Positions 14,052 through 28,725 of a stretch of DNA of 64,000 nucleotides are shown here, piece after piece (position 1 is the stretch's first letter; each line of letters starts with the position of its first letter). Source of the DNA: Welwitschia mirabilis (taxonomy: Eukaryota); contig JBOZIK010000001.1 in NCBI GenBank assembly GCA_051453625.1, positions 10,313,774-10,377,773 on the forward strand, in the 5' to 3' direction. The position numbers and the translations under genes are program-made. Below the pieces are notes generated by a model, which was not told the origin of the DNA, ran no database searches, and saw only the letters and a program-made list of their open reading frames with translations.

Positions 14052-16402
14052 AGACACTCTTAATAAAATCTCCATGATCGAAGTTTTTAATTATGAAATT
14101 GAGAAAATTCTGTTTTTCCCTTAATTTACAAATTTCAATTGCATTTTCAAATATGAAGGTATTCATAATACACACTATGTATACTTTGAGTCATATTAAC
14201 ATATTAAACATTTGTATATAATGGTATGTAATATGTTATTAGTGTGATATGAAATTGAAAAAAATCTTTTAAAATCATAAAGAATGCATAAAATCATTTT
14301 TTAATCTCTTAAACAATTGAATATCCTAAGTTTTTCACTAATTTAATAGATAAAGGTTCCAGGTTCTACAAGTAGATTTGTTCATTTATAAAACATCATT
14401 CTTATATACTACCATTAGCTCATAAAATATGATAGGTTCTAGAATCATGTAAATAAAAAAAATGTTAAACCCCTTTTTTTGTTATTTCTTGCATGGTGAT
14501 TAAAGCATATTATAAATCTTAAATACATGTTGCTTATTTTGATTTTTTATCAAAGACATTAACCACCATCAAGAAATCTTTGAAAGGTTTAAGAATAGCT
14601 TTTATTGAAGAAATTAGATTGTGGACAATCTAGAAGAAAGATTTTAAAGTGTAGGATGTAAAAGATAACTTCCTTTTAAAGTAACTATATGCCATGCAAG
14701 ACAAATAATAGAGAAAGACTAATAAGGAATTCTTGTAGCAAGAAAACAAGTACATCAATGATCTCTAATGACAACATCAAATGAATTAACAAGCAGATAC
14801 CTAACTCATTTAAAATTATCTTAAGAAAAGAGTTGAAGATATAATCAAAAGGTCATCCATATTGATCTTATCACACTATGTAAAAGATCTCTTATCATAT
14901 CCAGGGCCATGAAAATGTTGGTCTTATGTGTGTTTTACCTTAACATGTTAGTTGTTAGATAAAAATGGTGAGATTAGTGGATTATACAGTACCTTAACGA
15001 ATTGAGTTCCTTCAATAATCTTAGTCAAGTTTACACTATTTGAGAATAAAATCAAGTAGGACAAGCTTAAAAATCCACATTCAATATTTTTTCCCTCTTA
15101 TTAACTACTCTTAATAGTATGTCTAATTCTAAAGTAATGTTGCACATGTTTAACTCTATAGAGGAAAATTTCTGTTGGGATATAATTAACATCATAGTCT
15201 TAATTAATCAATTTAAGATATAAAATCTTTAATTTGGACCTCAACATTACACTATGAAATTACTAACATGAAGATCAAGGAGTTTCAGGTGATTTTAAGA
15301 TCTCATTCTTATAAATTTATGTGATTAAGCTAAAAGCACTTATAAGCAAAATGCTTAGAATTTAACCTAGATGTTGTTAACATAAAAGCACACGAAGAGG
15401 AAAAGGGAAAAAAAGCTCAAAGAACTCATATCTAATCCTGACAAACAATGAAAATACATAGTGTTTGATAATCAACTAAACATAAGACATTCAATGTTAT
15501 TAGATAGTCATTAAAGATGAGGATAAAGCATTATTTCTCATAAGTAGCCATAGCCTAGTAAATTGGTCAATAGAGCCAGTCTTGAACATGTGCAAACAGT
15601 AAAACTCATCATGGTGCATGAGATTAAAACTATAAACGTAATATATTTAGCCATTATATAACTTAAATAAAGTAATCACCAAATAAATAATGCAATATAC
15701 TTCATATAAGACATTGTCATCCTTGGTTTAGGTGAAAAATATCTATTAAATATAAAGAATATTAGACACTGTATAGAAGATATAGTCATCCATAGTATAA
15801 AATTAAAAGTAACTATTGAATATAGGAATTTAATACACTTCACAGGAGATACAGTCACCCATGTCGTAAATCAGTTAAGAAAGCAACTATAAGTAAAAAT
15901 GTAAATACATATCATTTAATCCATAATATGAAGTAAATTACAAATAGATATTCTAATAGAAACCATAATATAATTAACAAAATGTAGCTAAGGCACTATA
16001 CTATTAAATAGTTTTTATAGAAGAATATCCTATGGCTTATACATTAGGAAATGTAACCTATTACGATTACCATATAAAGTTGTAGAATCAAATAGAAAAT
16101 CACATACAATTTCACATATAAGTATGTCTGAATTCTAATTATTTCTACTGAATGAAGAACTTAACAATATTATATCATGCAAGATATCACACATTTGTTT
16201 ATACTTATCTTTTATGCTTATTCGACCCTATTCTAGACGCACTTGACATGTGAATAAATCAATACAATGATGCATGCAGTTCTACTAGATATTTTGCATG
16301 ATAGAATAGTGTTAAAAAAATTTAGAACATCTACTCATATCTACTATGTGAAAAGAAGTGATATACAGAGTCAAAGAATAGGATGAGATGCATACAAACT
16401 CT

Positions 16403-19400
16403 TTTTTTTTTTTTTTTAATGAAATTTGGAAGAATTTTCATTACTAGAAATGTTGGGAGTACAAACTCTTTACAGAAACCGTACAGAGACTCATATCGGC
16501 AGGCATTCTGGAGAGAAAATGGACTGTAGTTAAAATGTTGTGGAGATAACAGTGATGATTATCCTTACCGAATGATAAGGTTCAAGGCTGGCAAGATTTA
16601 ATCTGAAAATTTCTGATCTCTACTCTTTGAGATACCCTAGTAACCTGCAACTTATAATTTGATCCATTTTAGAGGCTAAGCACTACCTTTACTAAAGGAC
16701 AAAAATTGCTCAAAGAAGCCTGACCGGTGCTGGAATTGTTCAATGGTTATAGTAATAAGGCTTGACTGAGGCTTGACAAGAGGGAAAAAAACCAATCAAG
16801 CCTTTTCCAAAAGCTCAGAAATGCCTAGTTGAAAACACATGCTCATTTTGTGAGGAGATTCATAGGTAAGTAGGAGAGAACCAAATGATGGGCTGCTTAA
16901 TGACCTGAACACTGAAAACAAATTATTCCAAATAAGACTAGTGGGCTACTCAGTGAATGGTATACAATCGAAATTGAGATAGGGTAGGGATCTGCCTTCT
17001 TTTTGTTGTCTTGGTTGGTAGACTAACTAGGGAAGCCTTATCATGGGAAAGGGTACTGAATGGTGACCTGCAGTTTCTTGATGCAATAAAACTCTTCTGA
17101 TATTTAAACAGGGCCCAAGAGGATTGAACCATCAGTTTATGGTGAGTCTGCTTTTGGCTAGCCCCTCTTAAATGACATATTTTGTATTTTTTAGCTGTGG
17201 CTAAGCCTCCCTTTTTGCCAAAAATGGAGTAGTAGCTCACATCTAGGATATTTAACTTATTCTTATTTCTTTTACTTAAATAGGAAAAAAAGACCAAAAG
17301 TACTTTGTCAAAATCAATTCTCTACCTTTGAGCCTACTACCTTTAATGGATTACAACATTTAAGTTAAATTCTATCTATATTAGCATGTGTTTTGTGCAA
17401 ATATTTAGATCAACAGGGTTTTGCCTAAGGATTTAAAGAATGCTTAAACATCAACTGCAACACCCTTAGTGATCACCAATCTAAGATGTAAAACTTACTA
17501 GATTCTCTGAAATGTAGATAAGTCATCAAAATATGATTTATCTATATTACTTCTTTAGTTCAACATAGATGTCTTCAACTCTATAGATAATTCTATCAAA
17601 TGAAGTAGNNNNNNNNNNTAATATCCTAATTTAGTATAGACATCTTGGACATTATAGGTCACTTTGGCTATGTGATGAAGTATATCTCAATATTGTAGAT
17701 GTATTTCTAATAGATGTATTTACATGGATAGATGTTTTTAGTTAAAATGTGTTTATCCTTCATGAAATCTACACTAAAAATTTTGTGTAATATGAAGTTG
17801 AGGTTTTGATTTAGATTGATCCTTTTTATAATTCAATGGTTTCTAATTTTACCTATCTACACATTAGACAAGTTACATTTAATAAGTTAAATCATCAAAA
17901 TTGGGATTTTATGAATAGCCTAAAATTAATAATTTAATTCCCATATATACAACTACATAGGAGTTATAGTTTAAAAAAGAAAAATACTCAACCATGAAAC
18001 AACAATAACTCTTATATAAATGTGATTTTAAAATTTTAAAAAAACATTAACGACTACATGCCACATATAATTTGATTTTCTTAAAAACTTCTAATCAAAG
18101 GTATAAAAGTGTAACTACTATATTGTGGTCTATATTTATGCAATTCTCATGTTCTTAAACAAATCCTCTCAACCAAAAATGTTTGCACAAAAACACATAC
18201 TCATATAAATGGAAGTCAATTCAAATGTTGTAACTCATCAAAGGCAGTAAGGCGAGAAGATAGAAAATTAATTTGAGAAAAGTATTTTTGTATTTTTCCA
18301 CTTAGGTAAATGAAAATAAATAATGATGTAATAAAATAATGAAAAATAAATACTAATGCAATGCTTATACTAAAATACAAATGAAAAACTACTCTAAGTA
18401 AAAGATCTACTTAATTACAAACCTCTATCATCAAGATCGGCCCTCATAATCTAGATTAATCAAGAAATACTGTTATCAAATTCTAATTAACATAGGCTAT
18501 AAGGCACATTAAATGAAATATAATGGAATGCAACTATTTTAGTTATGGAAATTCAATAAAAAATGAAATGTAAATACTAAAATAATAATATCAACCTTAA
18601 TAAATGTTACCCTTATGATTAGATCAATTATGAAACTATCACAAAATCATAACCAACATAAACCATAAGGGAGATACACATAATGAAAATTAAAAAAAAC
18701 TATTTTGATTAATCTCAAACTAAGCATTCACATACNNNNNNNNNNAGTATAAATATCTCAATAAAGAATACATATCTCAACACTAAGTAATATTTCTCTT
18801 TATAATAATGGATGAATCTCCTATCCTTTAATCTCTTATTACAATATTTTTAAGTGCTAAAGAAGATGAAAGTTAGAGTAAGGGAGAAGGTAATATTTAC
18901 TATAAGGAATATTTTAAAACTAAAAATCCTAATGACTTGGAGAAAATTCTAATAAATAAGAGGAACGCATGACACCATTACAAAATTAGATTTATCATTA
19001 CTTAGAAATAGGTATTATCTTGGCTATTGTTTGGATGACCATGGGGACAATTCCATATTAGAAAGNNNNNNNNNNNNNNNNNNNNNNNNNNNNNNNNNNN
19101 NNNNNNNNNNNNNNNNNNNNNNNNNNNNNNNNNNNNNNNNNNNNNNNNATGGGGATGACAAGCCTTTAAGTCCTTTTATTAAGTTAAATTAGACTTCTTA
19201 CTTGTTAGACTACTCCTTAGAATGTTAAGTATTAGAATTCACCTAAAATACCTTCAAATATACCAAAGATTATGCACTTCTCTGATCATTGCATTGACTT
19301 CCTATTATTGTAAAAAATCTATGTAAACCTATCTAAATATCCTATAAAATCACTTAAAATACCCCATAAAATACATACCATTTGGCATCCCAACATAGGC

Positions 19401-20360
19401 CATCACTTAGCCTTGTTAGTTCGAGATAAAGTAGGTAAATAATTATAATTATGAGTTAAATTGTTTAAGATAAAGCACTAACTAAGAAAAGGTAAATCAA
19501 GCTCAAAAATCTCATCATGTAGAAGAAAATTTCAAAATAGATAAATTGAACATGTTACCTTGGTAGAGGATGAGGCCATACTATAATCCTATGCATNNNN
19601 NNNNNNNNNNNNNNNNNNNNNNNNNNNNNNNNNNNNNNNNNNNNNNNNNNNNNNNNNNNNNNNNNNNNNNNNNNNNNNNNNNNNNNNNNNNNNNNNTCCA
19701 ATTGTGGATAAGCCTCCCTTTTTACCAAAAATGGAGCAGCAGCTCACATCCAGGAATACTATGATGAAGCTTCAGATGATCAACTGGCTAAAGAAGGGGA
19801 AGGTATGCTCTGTGCTTAGGTGCCTCCATGCTTGAAAACAATATAGACATCATCAGTTTTATTTCTAGCTTTAGGGGTTGGACCTCTATCAACTTTAGGA
19901 TCTTGACACTTGATCTAAGATAAATAGAAGGAATTAAATTAGTCTAATAGTGCCACTGACAACTCTGTATTCTGCTGGTTCAATTAAGTTTCATAGTGTC
20001 ATGTCTAAAATGGATTAATTTTTTGTGAGAGCAAGCAGAGCCCGAATAAAAGACAGGTTTCAGCTTCAAGCTGTATCTTCATAGAATGCTTCTTTTTTAC
20101 TTTACTTCATTTCATTTACAAGGGGGAATGTGAAATACTTCACTAAAGGTCCCTTTATGTTAGTGATATTATCTAGAAATAAAAAGGGGGAAGATATTCA
20201 TGAGCTGGCACCAGATACAATTTTTTCAAGTGTCTTTTAGTTTTTGGATCTCTGCCAGTTTGAACTGAAGAAGCAATTTGATCTCATTGGCTCTATGCTG
20301 GAATTTGAACTCTGAATGTCTGAAAGCCTTTTCATTTCACCTGGGCAACTAGCCTCTTTT
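16403..20360 (-). mobile_element. 3' part of a decayed L1 LINE ORF2 with poly(A) tail, interrupted by AT-rich DNA at about 17250-19700
   Basis: Poly(T) at about 16402-16417 on plus is the tail. Minus-strand remnants include a VxxGxx..W.D.W-like motif (about 20260-20225), a zf-RVT-like GGLxT..CHL (about 19710, 17200-17170) and YL*ISSQNEHVF resembling IWxxRNxxxF (about 16870-16830). Confidence 0.5.
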
Positions 20361-20969
20361 ATTTAGAATTTTAGAAATTTTTACTACTATGAATAATATT
20401 TCTTGGATATTAACCTATTAAAACTATAGTTTGCCTTAAGAGTACATTCAATCATCTGATAAGTCATACATGAAGAATAAGATCACTAGGATTCCAAAAA
20501 TTTTCCATTTAGATAACATGCCCTAAGCACAAATAAATAAACTATGTGAATGGGTATTATTAATGTTGCTAGAAGATGTAATACTTTCAAATACGAGTGG
20601 ATTATCAATTGAACATTATTAAAGAATATTTTATCCTTATAACCTAACAAATATTGAATGAAATGTTGTCTCTTGATCAATTACTTGGTTATACCTTATA
20701 TTAATGTTTTCACTTAAGACAACCACATATGTAAAAACATTTATTATTCCAACATGAGTTTCCAACTTTATGCCTAATAATAACAACAATAGTAGCAGTA
20801 ATAATATTTGTCTAATATCTTTGTTAAATATATTTTTACCTAAAATATCTAACATAATTAGTAGCAGTATCATTTTTTTGTGAGTTATTTAACCTAAATA
20901 GTAACTACCCTAGCTACATCATAACATTAAGAAAAGAAATAAATGGATGTCTCTATGTGCACGTCTGTA

Positions 20970-20993
20970 TGTGTGTGTGTGTGTGTGTGTGTG
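20970..20993 (+). repeat. (TG)n microsatellite
   Basis: Directly visible perfect dinucleotide run. Confidence 0.95.
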
Positions 20994-22642
20994 CATATAT
21001 AACCTCAAAGATTTAAATGAAAATGCATTTAGAGTAAAGACAATACTAAGATAAATCCTATTATGTTATAAACTACTACTAATTACCCAAGATATATGTG
21101 TACACACACATACCCCTCCTTCCCCCAACAACCACAACCACATACACACATACACACACATGCGTGCACGCGCGATAATTTGACATGGACTCCTGACATG
21201 AGTTGTAAACGATTCTTATTTATACTATTACAATCACATGTGTATAGAAAGTCATCTTACCTATCAACATAAGCAAGCCATAACACTATCCTTGGGGTTG
21301 ATCATTCTGCCTCTTCTATCAAGTTCACTCCATATCATGTTGATCCAACTTTGCACAATGTCTCATACGACCAATGCACTTAACTCATCTTATTTCAACT
21401 ATTAAGTGGAACAAAGGAAAGGATGATAGAGGTTGGGTTGATCAATCTTTCAAGGATGGAGAGAATATATTTTTTGAACATAGTTTACTCTTGTAGATTC
21501 TATACATTAGTTTCTACTCATAACAACACAATCCTATATGATTCCCAATTACTGGTGTAAAACATTATGAATGTTTCAAAATTATAAACATTTAACCATA
21601 TCACCTAATTTAAAGTAATACATCATCATTATGCTATTCATGATGACATGTTTAGTATTATGTGAGTCTATGTCTTTTTATGTTTATGTCTTCTTATGTT
21701 TACATCTTTTTGTGTTTGCATCTTTATTATGCTTATCCCCCTTTCATTTACTCACCTTGATTATTGCCATGTCTGTTCCTTTCTTTTGTGAGGAGTGTTA
21801 TCAACCTTGTGAATTTGAGCCTTTCTTGGTAATCTCTCTTGCATCCCATATACTCCTCGTTTTTTTTTTTTTTTTTATTTGTTGTTATGGCACTTGCACC
21901 TTCTTCTATTATTTATAATGTTAAGGTTCACTTTTATGAGTGAGCTTACCTGCTTTCCTACCTGTAGCGAACCCCTTTCCCCACTATGAAAGTTACACCA
22001 CCTTCTCTTACGTACCATCCCAGACCCACTCATTGAAATGTATTGCTCTTCTAGCTAGCAATTTTCCTTGTCTAAGTATCTATAGTTTTTTTTAAGAGTA
22101 TCACTAATCCAGAGTTACATAGTATTCACTGCTTTTACCCTCCTACCCCACTAGTAGTTACCATACAAAGAGGGAAAACATTAGCCAAGCACCATATCGA
22201 GCTAGCACCACATCAATAAGATACTAAGGTATTCTATGTATTAAAGTTGGCATCACCAATGTAGCCTTAATCTACCATGATTAGCTACTCAGGTTCAAGG
22301 ACAACATGATCAAATTAGCTTATGCCTCCCACATGCTATCACACATCACCACTTGGCAAAAGGGTTTAGATTAGTGGTGAAGAACGTTTGAGAATGGTGG
22401 CATGAAGAAAGAAAAAGAGTCAATGCCAATAAGGATGGTAATGATGATTATCATAGGTGGCCACTTTTCCCACCCTTCAAGATATTATATATTTATTATG
22501 ATATACATATATACATATACATATATATGTATATATATATTTTTTCTTTTTTTGTTTTTGAAAGGCTTTTTTTAAGAATCAAACTGACAACCACAAAGAC
22601 AAGGGAGCACAGTCCTATTATGAGGATGTCTCTTTAAAGAAA

Positions 22643-22645
<3 letters not shown>

Positions 22646-22713
<68 letters not shown>
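22646..22713 (+). repeat. (AC)n microsatellite, about 34 units
   Basis: Directly visible perfect dinucleotide run. Confidence 0.97.
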
Positions 22714-22715
<2 letters not shown>

Positions 22716-24060
22716 TTATGTGTTCATAATGTATACATGTCTGTATATATAGATTTTCTATACATACATACATATACTAAATATACATAATTATCTATCT
22801 ATAATTACTATATTTAACCTACCTATGTATTTCATTATGATATTTTATCCATCGTTATGCCCATAATACTAAATATACCTATAGAACACATCTTTAACAT
22901 ACTTAGTCAGGTGTATTTACTATGGCTGGCATAGATATCTTTTCTAAGTTTCAATAATTCTATATTTTAACATCTCCTAAGAGAATATGAACTTGTAGCT
23001 TTTAATGTACTAGTTGCTATTCAACTAAGGATTATGTATCCCAAAAAGTCATCTTTTTTCAACCAAGAAAAAAAACACAAATAGGGTAATAACGTGACTA
23101 CTTTTTTTATTTAATTATTATTATTTTGAAGATAATGTAAAGGAATTGACATCTCTAAGACATTTTCATGAAAAGTTAAAAGTAGGCATTTAATTCATAA
23201 ACTAGAAGAAGAATAATAAGTGAGCACATTTCTTATCACGGAATTTTACTAAGTTAGGAAACTTCTTTGACTTCTCTTTGATCATCTCCTATACAGGTTT
23301 AACATTGAAATAATACATGTGTCAAAATTGTGATTCTTGCTTGGAATTTGAGCATGTTAAGTACTAGCCTCTTATGCAATGGGAGTGGTACAAGTAGGTC
23401 TAGTTGATTTTAGTGATCCCAATTGATTACAAGTCATTTAATAATGTAAGTTAAGGCATAATGAGTAAGATAATAAAAATATCTAACACATATACTTACA
23501 TTAATTATGCATACAAAAAATACCTTTAAACTTTCTAGGGCAATGATGAAAATTACTTGGTTAGGAATGATATATTTGCATATAAATCTTATTGTTCCTA
23601 TATGAATCTATCACTTACACTTGTTTCTATGCAATGTTGCTTGGAATATTTTGCTACTTAAGAAACCAGAATTCCATCAAGCAATATTAAATCACATGCT
23701 ATCACATGTTCCTTATGAAAGCTAAGATCAAGTGTAATATATTTTAACATATCATTTTTTCAATTCAGTTAATCATAATCTATATTAGTGATATAGTTCT
23801 ATGGGCATAAGGAAAATTAAACATTTTAATTCACATAGCTCAAGAATTACATTAACATCATAATCATATCATAACATTAATAGAAAGTTTATAGCTATCT
23901 CTATTAGCATTTCAAAAAACATTATAGGATTAAAACTATTTATATTAGCATTTCACAAAAACAAACTAAGATACGGCTCTCTATATTAGCGTTTTATATA
24001 AATCATAATTAAGACCCTAATAATAATATAATTAGAAACTTAAGAAGTGTGGGTTGTAAT

Positions 24061-27000
24061 ATTCTCTCCTCCTTAGAACATTTCCTTTAGAAATGGAATG
24101 CTACAATATATACAAGTAATTATTTCTGATTTCATTCTCTAATTCCTAGGTGGCCTCTCCAAAGCCATGATTCTTCCATCTAATATTCAATTGTATAATC
24201 TTATAGTTCCATAGGATCTTTACTTTCCTTTGTAGAATTTCTATTGGTTCCTCTTGAATAGTACATTTATTTGATACTTGGAAATTGTTCCAATTTAAAA
24301 CATGTGTTGCATAAAGTACATACTTCCTAAGCACAGACACATAAAGAACATTATATAAATGTTCCAATTTTAAAGGAATAGGTAACTCATACACCACTAG
24401 ATCTACCCTTCTTAAAATATTGAATGGTTCTATGTACCTTGATGCTAATTTGGATTTTTTACACCTCCACATTTTTCATAGGTAAAATCTTAAGGAAAAG
24501 ATCACCACTTAATTCAAATTCTAAGGGTTGACTATGTTTGTTTACATACTTATTTTATCCACTAATTACTTGACTTAATATTTCCTTAATTATTTTTAAG
24601 TCCTTTTCTATGTTGTTAATTGTTTTTAGACTAATGAGAATCTTATCATCAAGGTCATTTCAAGAAGATAGAGTTCTCTGTATTATACCATACAAAGCTT
24701 CATAGGACACCATTTGGATAGAGCTATAATAACTTTTTTTACAACAAAATTCAACACTATGTAGCAGCTCATACCAATTACTAGGATGATATAATGTAGA
24801 TACTTATTGTAAATCTTCCAACACATGATTAAATCATTCTGTTTGTCCATCCATTTCAAGATGATGAGCTATGACTAAATTTAACTTAGTACCTAATAAT
24901 TGTTATAATGTTTACCAAAATCTAAAAGTAAAACAATCATTTCAATTATATATAGTCTTATAAGGTAATCCATGTAATTGAAAAATCTCTTTTAGAACTA
25001 ACCTTGTAGTTTACTTGACCAAGATCTTATTAGTAGTGGTTATAAAATGTGCTACTTTTGTTAATCGTTGAACTACTACCATAATCACATCATGCCTTAA
25101 TCTAGTCCTTGGAAATTTCACAATAAAATCCATGCTAATGATATTTCCTTTCCATTCAAGAATGTCACATGATTGTAATTCTCCACCTGTTAATCCATGT
25201 TCCACGTTGCCTGACTGATATGTAAGACACTTATTAACNNNNNNNNNNATGTACTACTTGTAACTAGGCCATCAAACTGACTTAGAAAAATCATGAAATA
25301 TTTTCATATTATAAACATTTCTTGAATATATCATGTTATGTATTTTACTTAGAATCTATTTTCAATTTATACCTTTTAGAGTGTACAAATTTCCCTTAAA
25401 TGTTAGAAATCCATTAAGAGTAAACTAAAAATTAGTTTCTAAGTTGTCTTGTTTAAATCTTCTATATTTTTCCAATGGAAATGCATCTTATTACAACTTC
25501 TAATTAAAATATTTGAGCCACCCATGAGCAATAAGAATCATAGATTTTACATATCTCCTTATACTTATTACATTAGCTATGTTGTTTCCTTTTCGTTCCT
25601 AGTACCTTATCTCAAAATCATATATGTTAAGCAATTATATTCATCTTCTTTATCTAAGATTGAGATGTGGTTGATTAAAAATATGTTTAAACTTTTGTGA
25701 TCTATTCAAACTTCCAATTCCTCTTCATATGAATAGTGTCACTATATCTTAAATACATGAAGTACTGTAGCTAATTCTAGATCATAAGTGGGATAGAGTT
25801 ATGTTTCCTTGATTCATAAGCAACAAATCTTCCATCTTACATTAAAACACAACCCTCCATAAAATGCATCTCTATATACAAAAAATGATATATCTTTTTC
25901 TAGCATGATTAACAAGGGAGGAGAAGTAATTACCTTCTTCAAGCTTTGAAAAGAATTTTCACATTTATTTGTCCATTTAAAATTCTTTTCCTTTTTTAAT
26001 AAATCTCTTAGAGGTACAACTATTTTAGAGAAATCCTTCATAAACCTTTGATAATAACTTATTAATTCTAGAAATCTATGAAATCTATGTACATTAGTCA
26101 CATTTTTAAATGTAGGCCAAGTCACTTATACCTTAGCTAGATCCACTTGGATCCTACTACTTGTGATAACATGGCAAAGGAAGTTGATTTATTGTTTCCA
26201 AAATTCACACTTCCTTGCACTAGAATAATGACAAAATAAATTGATTTCCCTTTTCTAAAAACCATACTTACTTGATTAGCATATAACTCATGATTTGTAA
26301 GAGTTTATAGGCCTATCTTTAAATGATACAAATGGTCTTCCCTTATTCTAGAGTACATAAGAATATAATCAATAAAGGTAATAACAAATTTATCTAAATA
26401 TGAAAGAAAATTATTATCCATTAAGATCATAAATAGTTCTAGAGCATTAGTTGATCCAAAAAGCATAATTGCAATTTTATAATAACCATAACATGTTCTC
26501 AATATTATTTTTAAAATATCCTTTTCTTTGATATGAAGTTAATGAAATCCTAACTTTAGCTCTATTATAAAGAAAAACTTTGTTTCTTTAAGCTATTTAA
26601 ATAGATCATTATTCCTTGGAAGTGAGTATTTATTATTGATAATAATCTCGTCTAATTATCTATAATCTATGGGGATCCTTAGTATGCCCTCGTTTTTCTT
26701 ATATCACTAGTGTTCTCCATGGTGAAGTACTTCTTAAAAAAATCTTTTATCTAAGATTTATTGAAATTGTAATTTAAGCTTCATAAGATCAGTAGGTGAC
26801 ATTCTATATGGGGCTTTAGAAATCAAGTTTGTTTAGGTAGTAAATTTATGGTAAATTCTATCTTCTTAACTAGTTGCGTAGAATGGAGTTCATTTGTAAA
26901 TAAATCCAGGTACTGTTTAACCACTGCAATGACTCATCTAGTTCTTCTAGTTCATATATCATCTATAATTAGTTATGTGATTATAGTTTAAATTTTACAA

Positions 27001-28600
27001 TTTCATCCCTTTTACCAAATCAAGTACTTTAATGCTATAAATAACATGTTTAGCATTAATTTTTAAATAGTTAAGTTTAATCCTTATTAAAATTTTCTTA
27101 AAAAATATTTATACTCAATTTTTATTATGGACAACATGTTAAGCCACTTGCTCTTTGATCAAAGGCATTATTTTTCAAGATACTCATACCATTGTCATAT
27201 CCATGGCACCATTAAAGCATGGTGAATTGTGTAAAAGTTGGTGCAAAGATTAGCTACAAGATAACAAAATAAAATCTATAAAGATTGGAAAATTTTAATT
27301 AAATTTTAAATAATCAAAAAATCTTCTAAAAGGATCTACTTAATTAATCTTAATAACTAAGTAATCTTACTTTGACAAAATTCAATGAACCTTAATGTAT
27401 GAAACATGTGAAATTAGATGTAAAGCTTCAACTCTAAGGATATGTAAGCATAATTTTCCTTAATAATTAAAGGTTTTGATCACTTCATAGTTCATTTTGG
27501 ACTCATTTATCATTTTTATAAGTATTATTGACATTCCTCTCCTCTTTTCCCTCATTTACCGTTGATCCTATTCTGTCTTTTAAGACTATGATAAGACCTT
27601 GTCTCATTATGAGGTCCTAAGCCTCTTTTCTTCCTTTTTAAGCATGTGAAAATAATTGGTTTATGAGGAAAATTCTTTATTAAGTCTAAGAACATTCTTT
27701 GTACTAGATTTTTGTTTATTATAATATTTTCGTTATTATTTAATGTAATTTGACTTTTCTTTTCTTTTTCCATCATTGATACATTTATCATTATTTACAT
27801 TATAATAGTCCATTTCAATTATTGTTTCACATCTACTTATTTGAGTTAAGTCACTTCAATATTTTATTAGGGTTTATTAGTATAGATAAGTATTAAAATG
27901 TTAGCATTTATAGCATATGTTATGCTTTTTTATACTTTTTCATACTTCTTTATCCATATTTGAATGGTAATGATATTTTAATGTGGTAAGTTCTTTGTTT
28001 ACATTTATGACATTTAAAATCTATAGTAGTTGATCTATTTCCTACCAATGTAAATCCTTGTTCCTTAATGATCTATCATTTTGGATTATGAAAATGATAG
28101 TGATTTTTGTGGTTTCCTTTATTTAGAATTTCTTTGTTATTTATCTTATGAATAATAATTTCTAGTGTTTATGAAGAGAAGTCTTTCATTATCATTTATT
28201 TTTTACATTTTTTGAAAACACATTTCATACTCTTCTTTTGATGACTTAATTTAAATAATTGTGAGCTTTAGAGTTCCCTTGCGATCTTATGAAAAAATAA
28301 TGATTAGTGTTTTCTATACTATAATTAATGGCCCTAGTTTTTACTTTAAAACTCCTATCTATGACTTGATTGCAAGAGTGTATTTCTAAGTATTATTTTC
28401 AAGATTAATTATTAAGGTATAACAAGTTTTTGACATTATTGCTATGAATTCTAATTGATGTTCCTTATCTCAATACAAAATATTTCATTTTTGTCATTTT
28501 TCTTTTCAGATTTTCTATCATCAAAATTATAAATTTTTTCTTATTTTAAGGAATATGAAGCATTTAGAGTAAAGCAGTATCTATATCTATAAAAAGTTCA
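24061..28600 (-). mobile_element. Degenerate Ty3/gypsy chromovirus (Tekay/Del type): RT-RH-INT-chromodomain, PPT and start of 3' LTR
   Basis: RT: YYKIAIMLFGSTNAL, FVITFIDYILMYS. RH: YPTYDLELA (about 25790). INT: ISMDFIVKFPRT..HDVIMVVVQRLTKVAHFI. GPY/F-like KLASRYIEPF. Chromodomain EEPIEILQRKVKILWNYKI..IRWKNHGFGEAT. PPT AAGGAGGAGAGAA abuts TATTACAACCC (decayed TG start) at 24061. The upstream (right) boundary is approximate. Confidence 0.9.
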
Positions 28601-28725
28601 CTATATATTGGCTATTTTAAATCTTGCATCTATTTGGGTTTATTCTTTCTTCTTTTTATTTTCATTAGCTATAAAAAGGATAGGGTTTTAATTTACTACC
28701 ATCCTATTACATACCTCCTTATGTC

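Noticed and set aside
16569-16645. Exon-like segment on the minus strand (TGCAG|...|GTAAGG)
   Set aside because: It has stops in all three frames and lies inside the 3' end of a LINE remnant.
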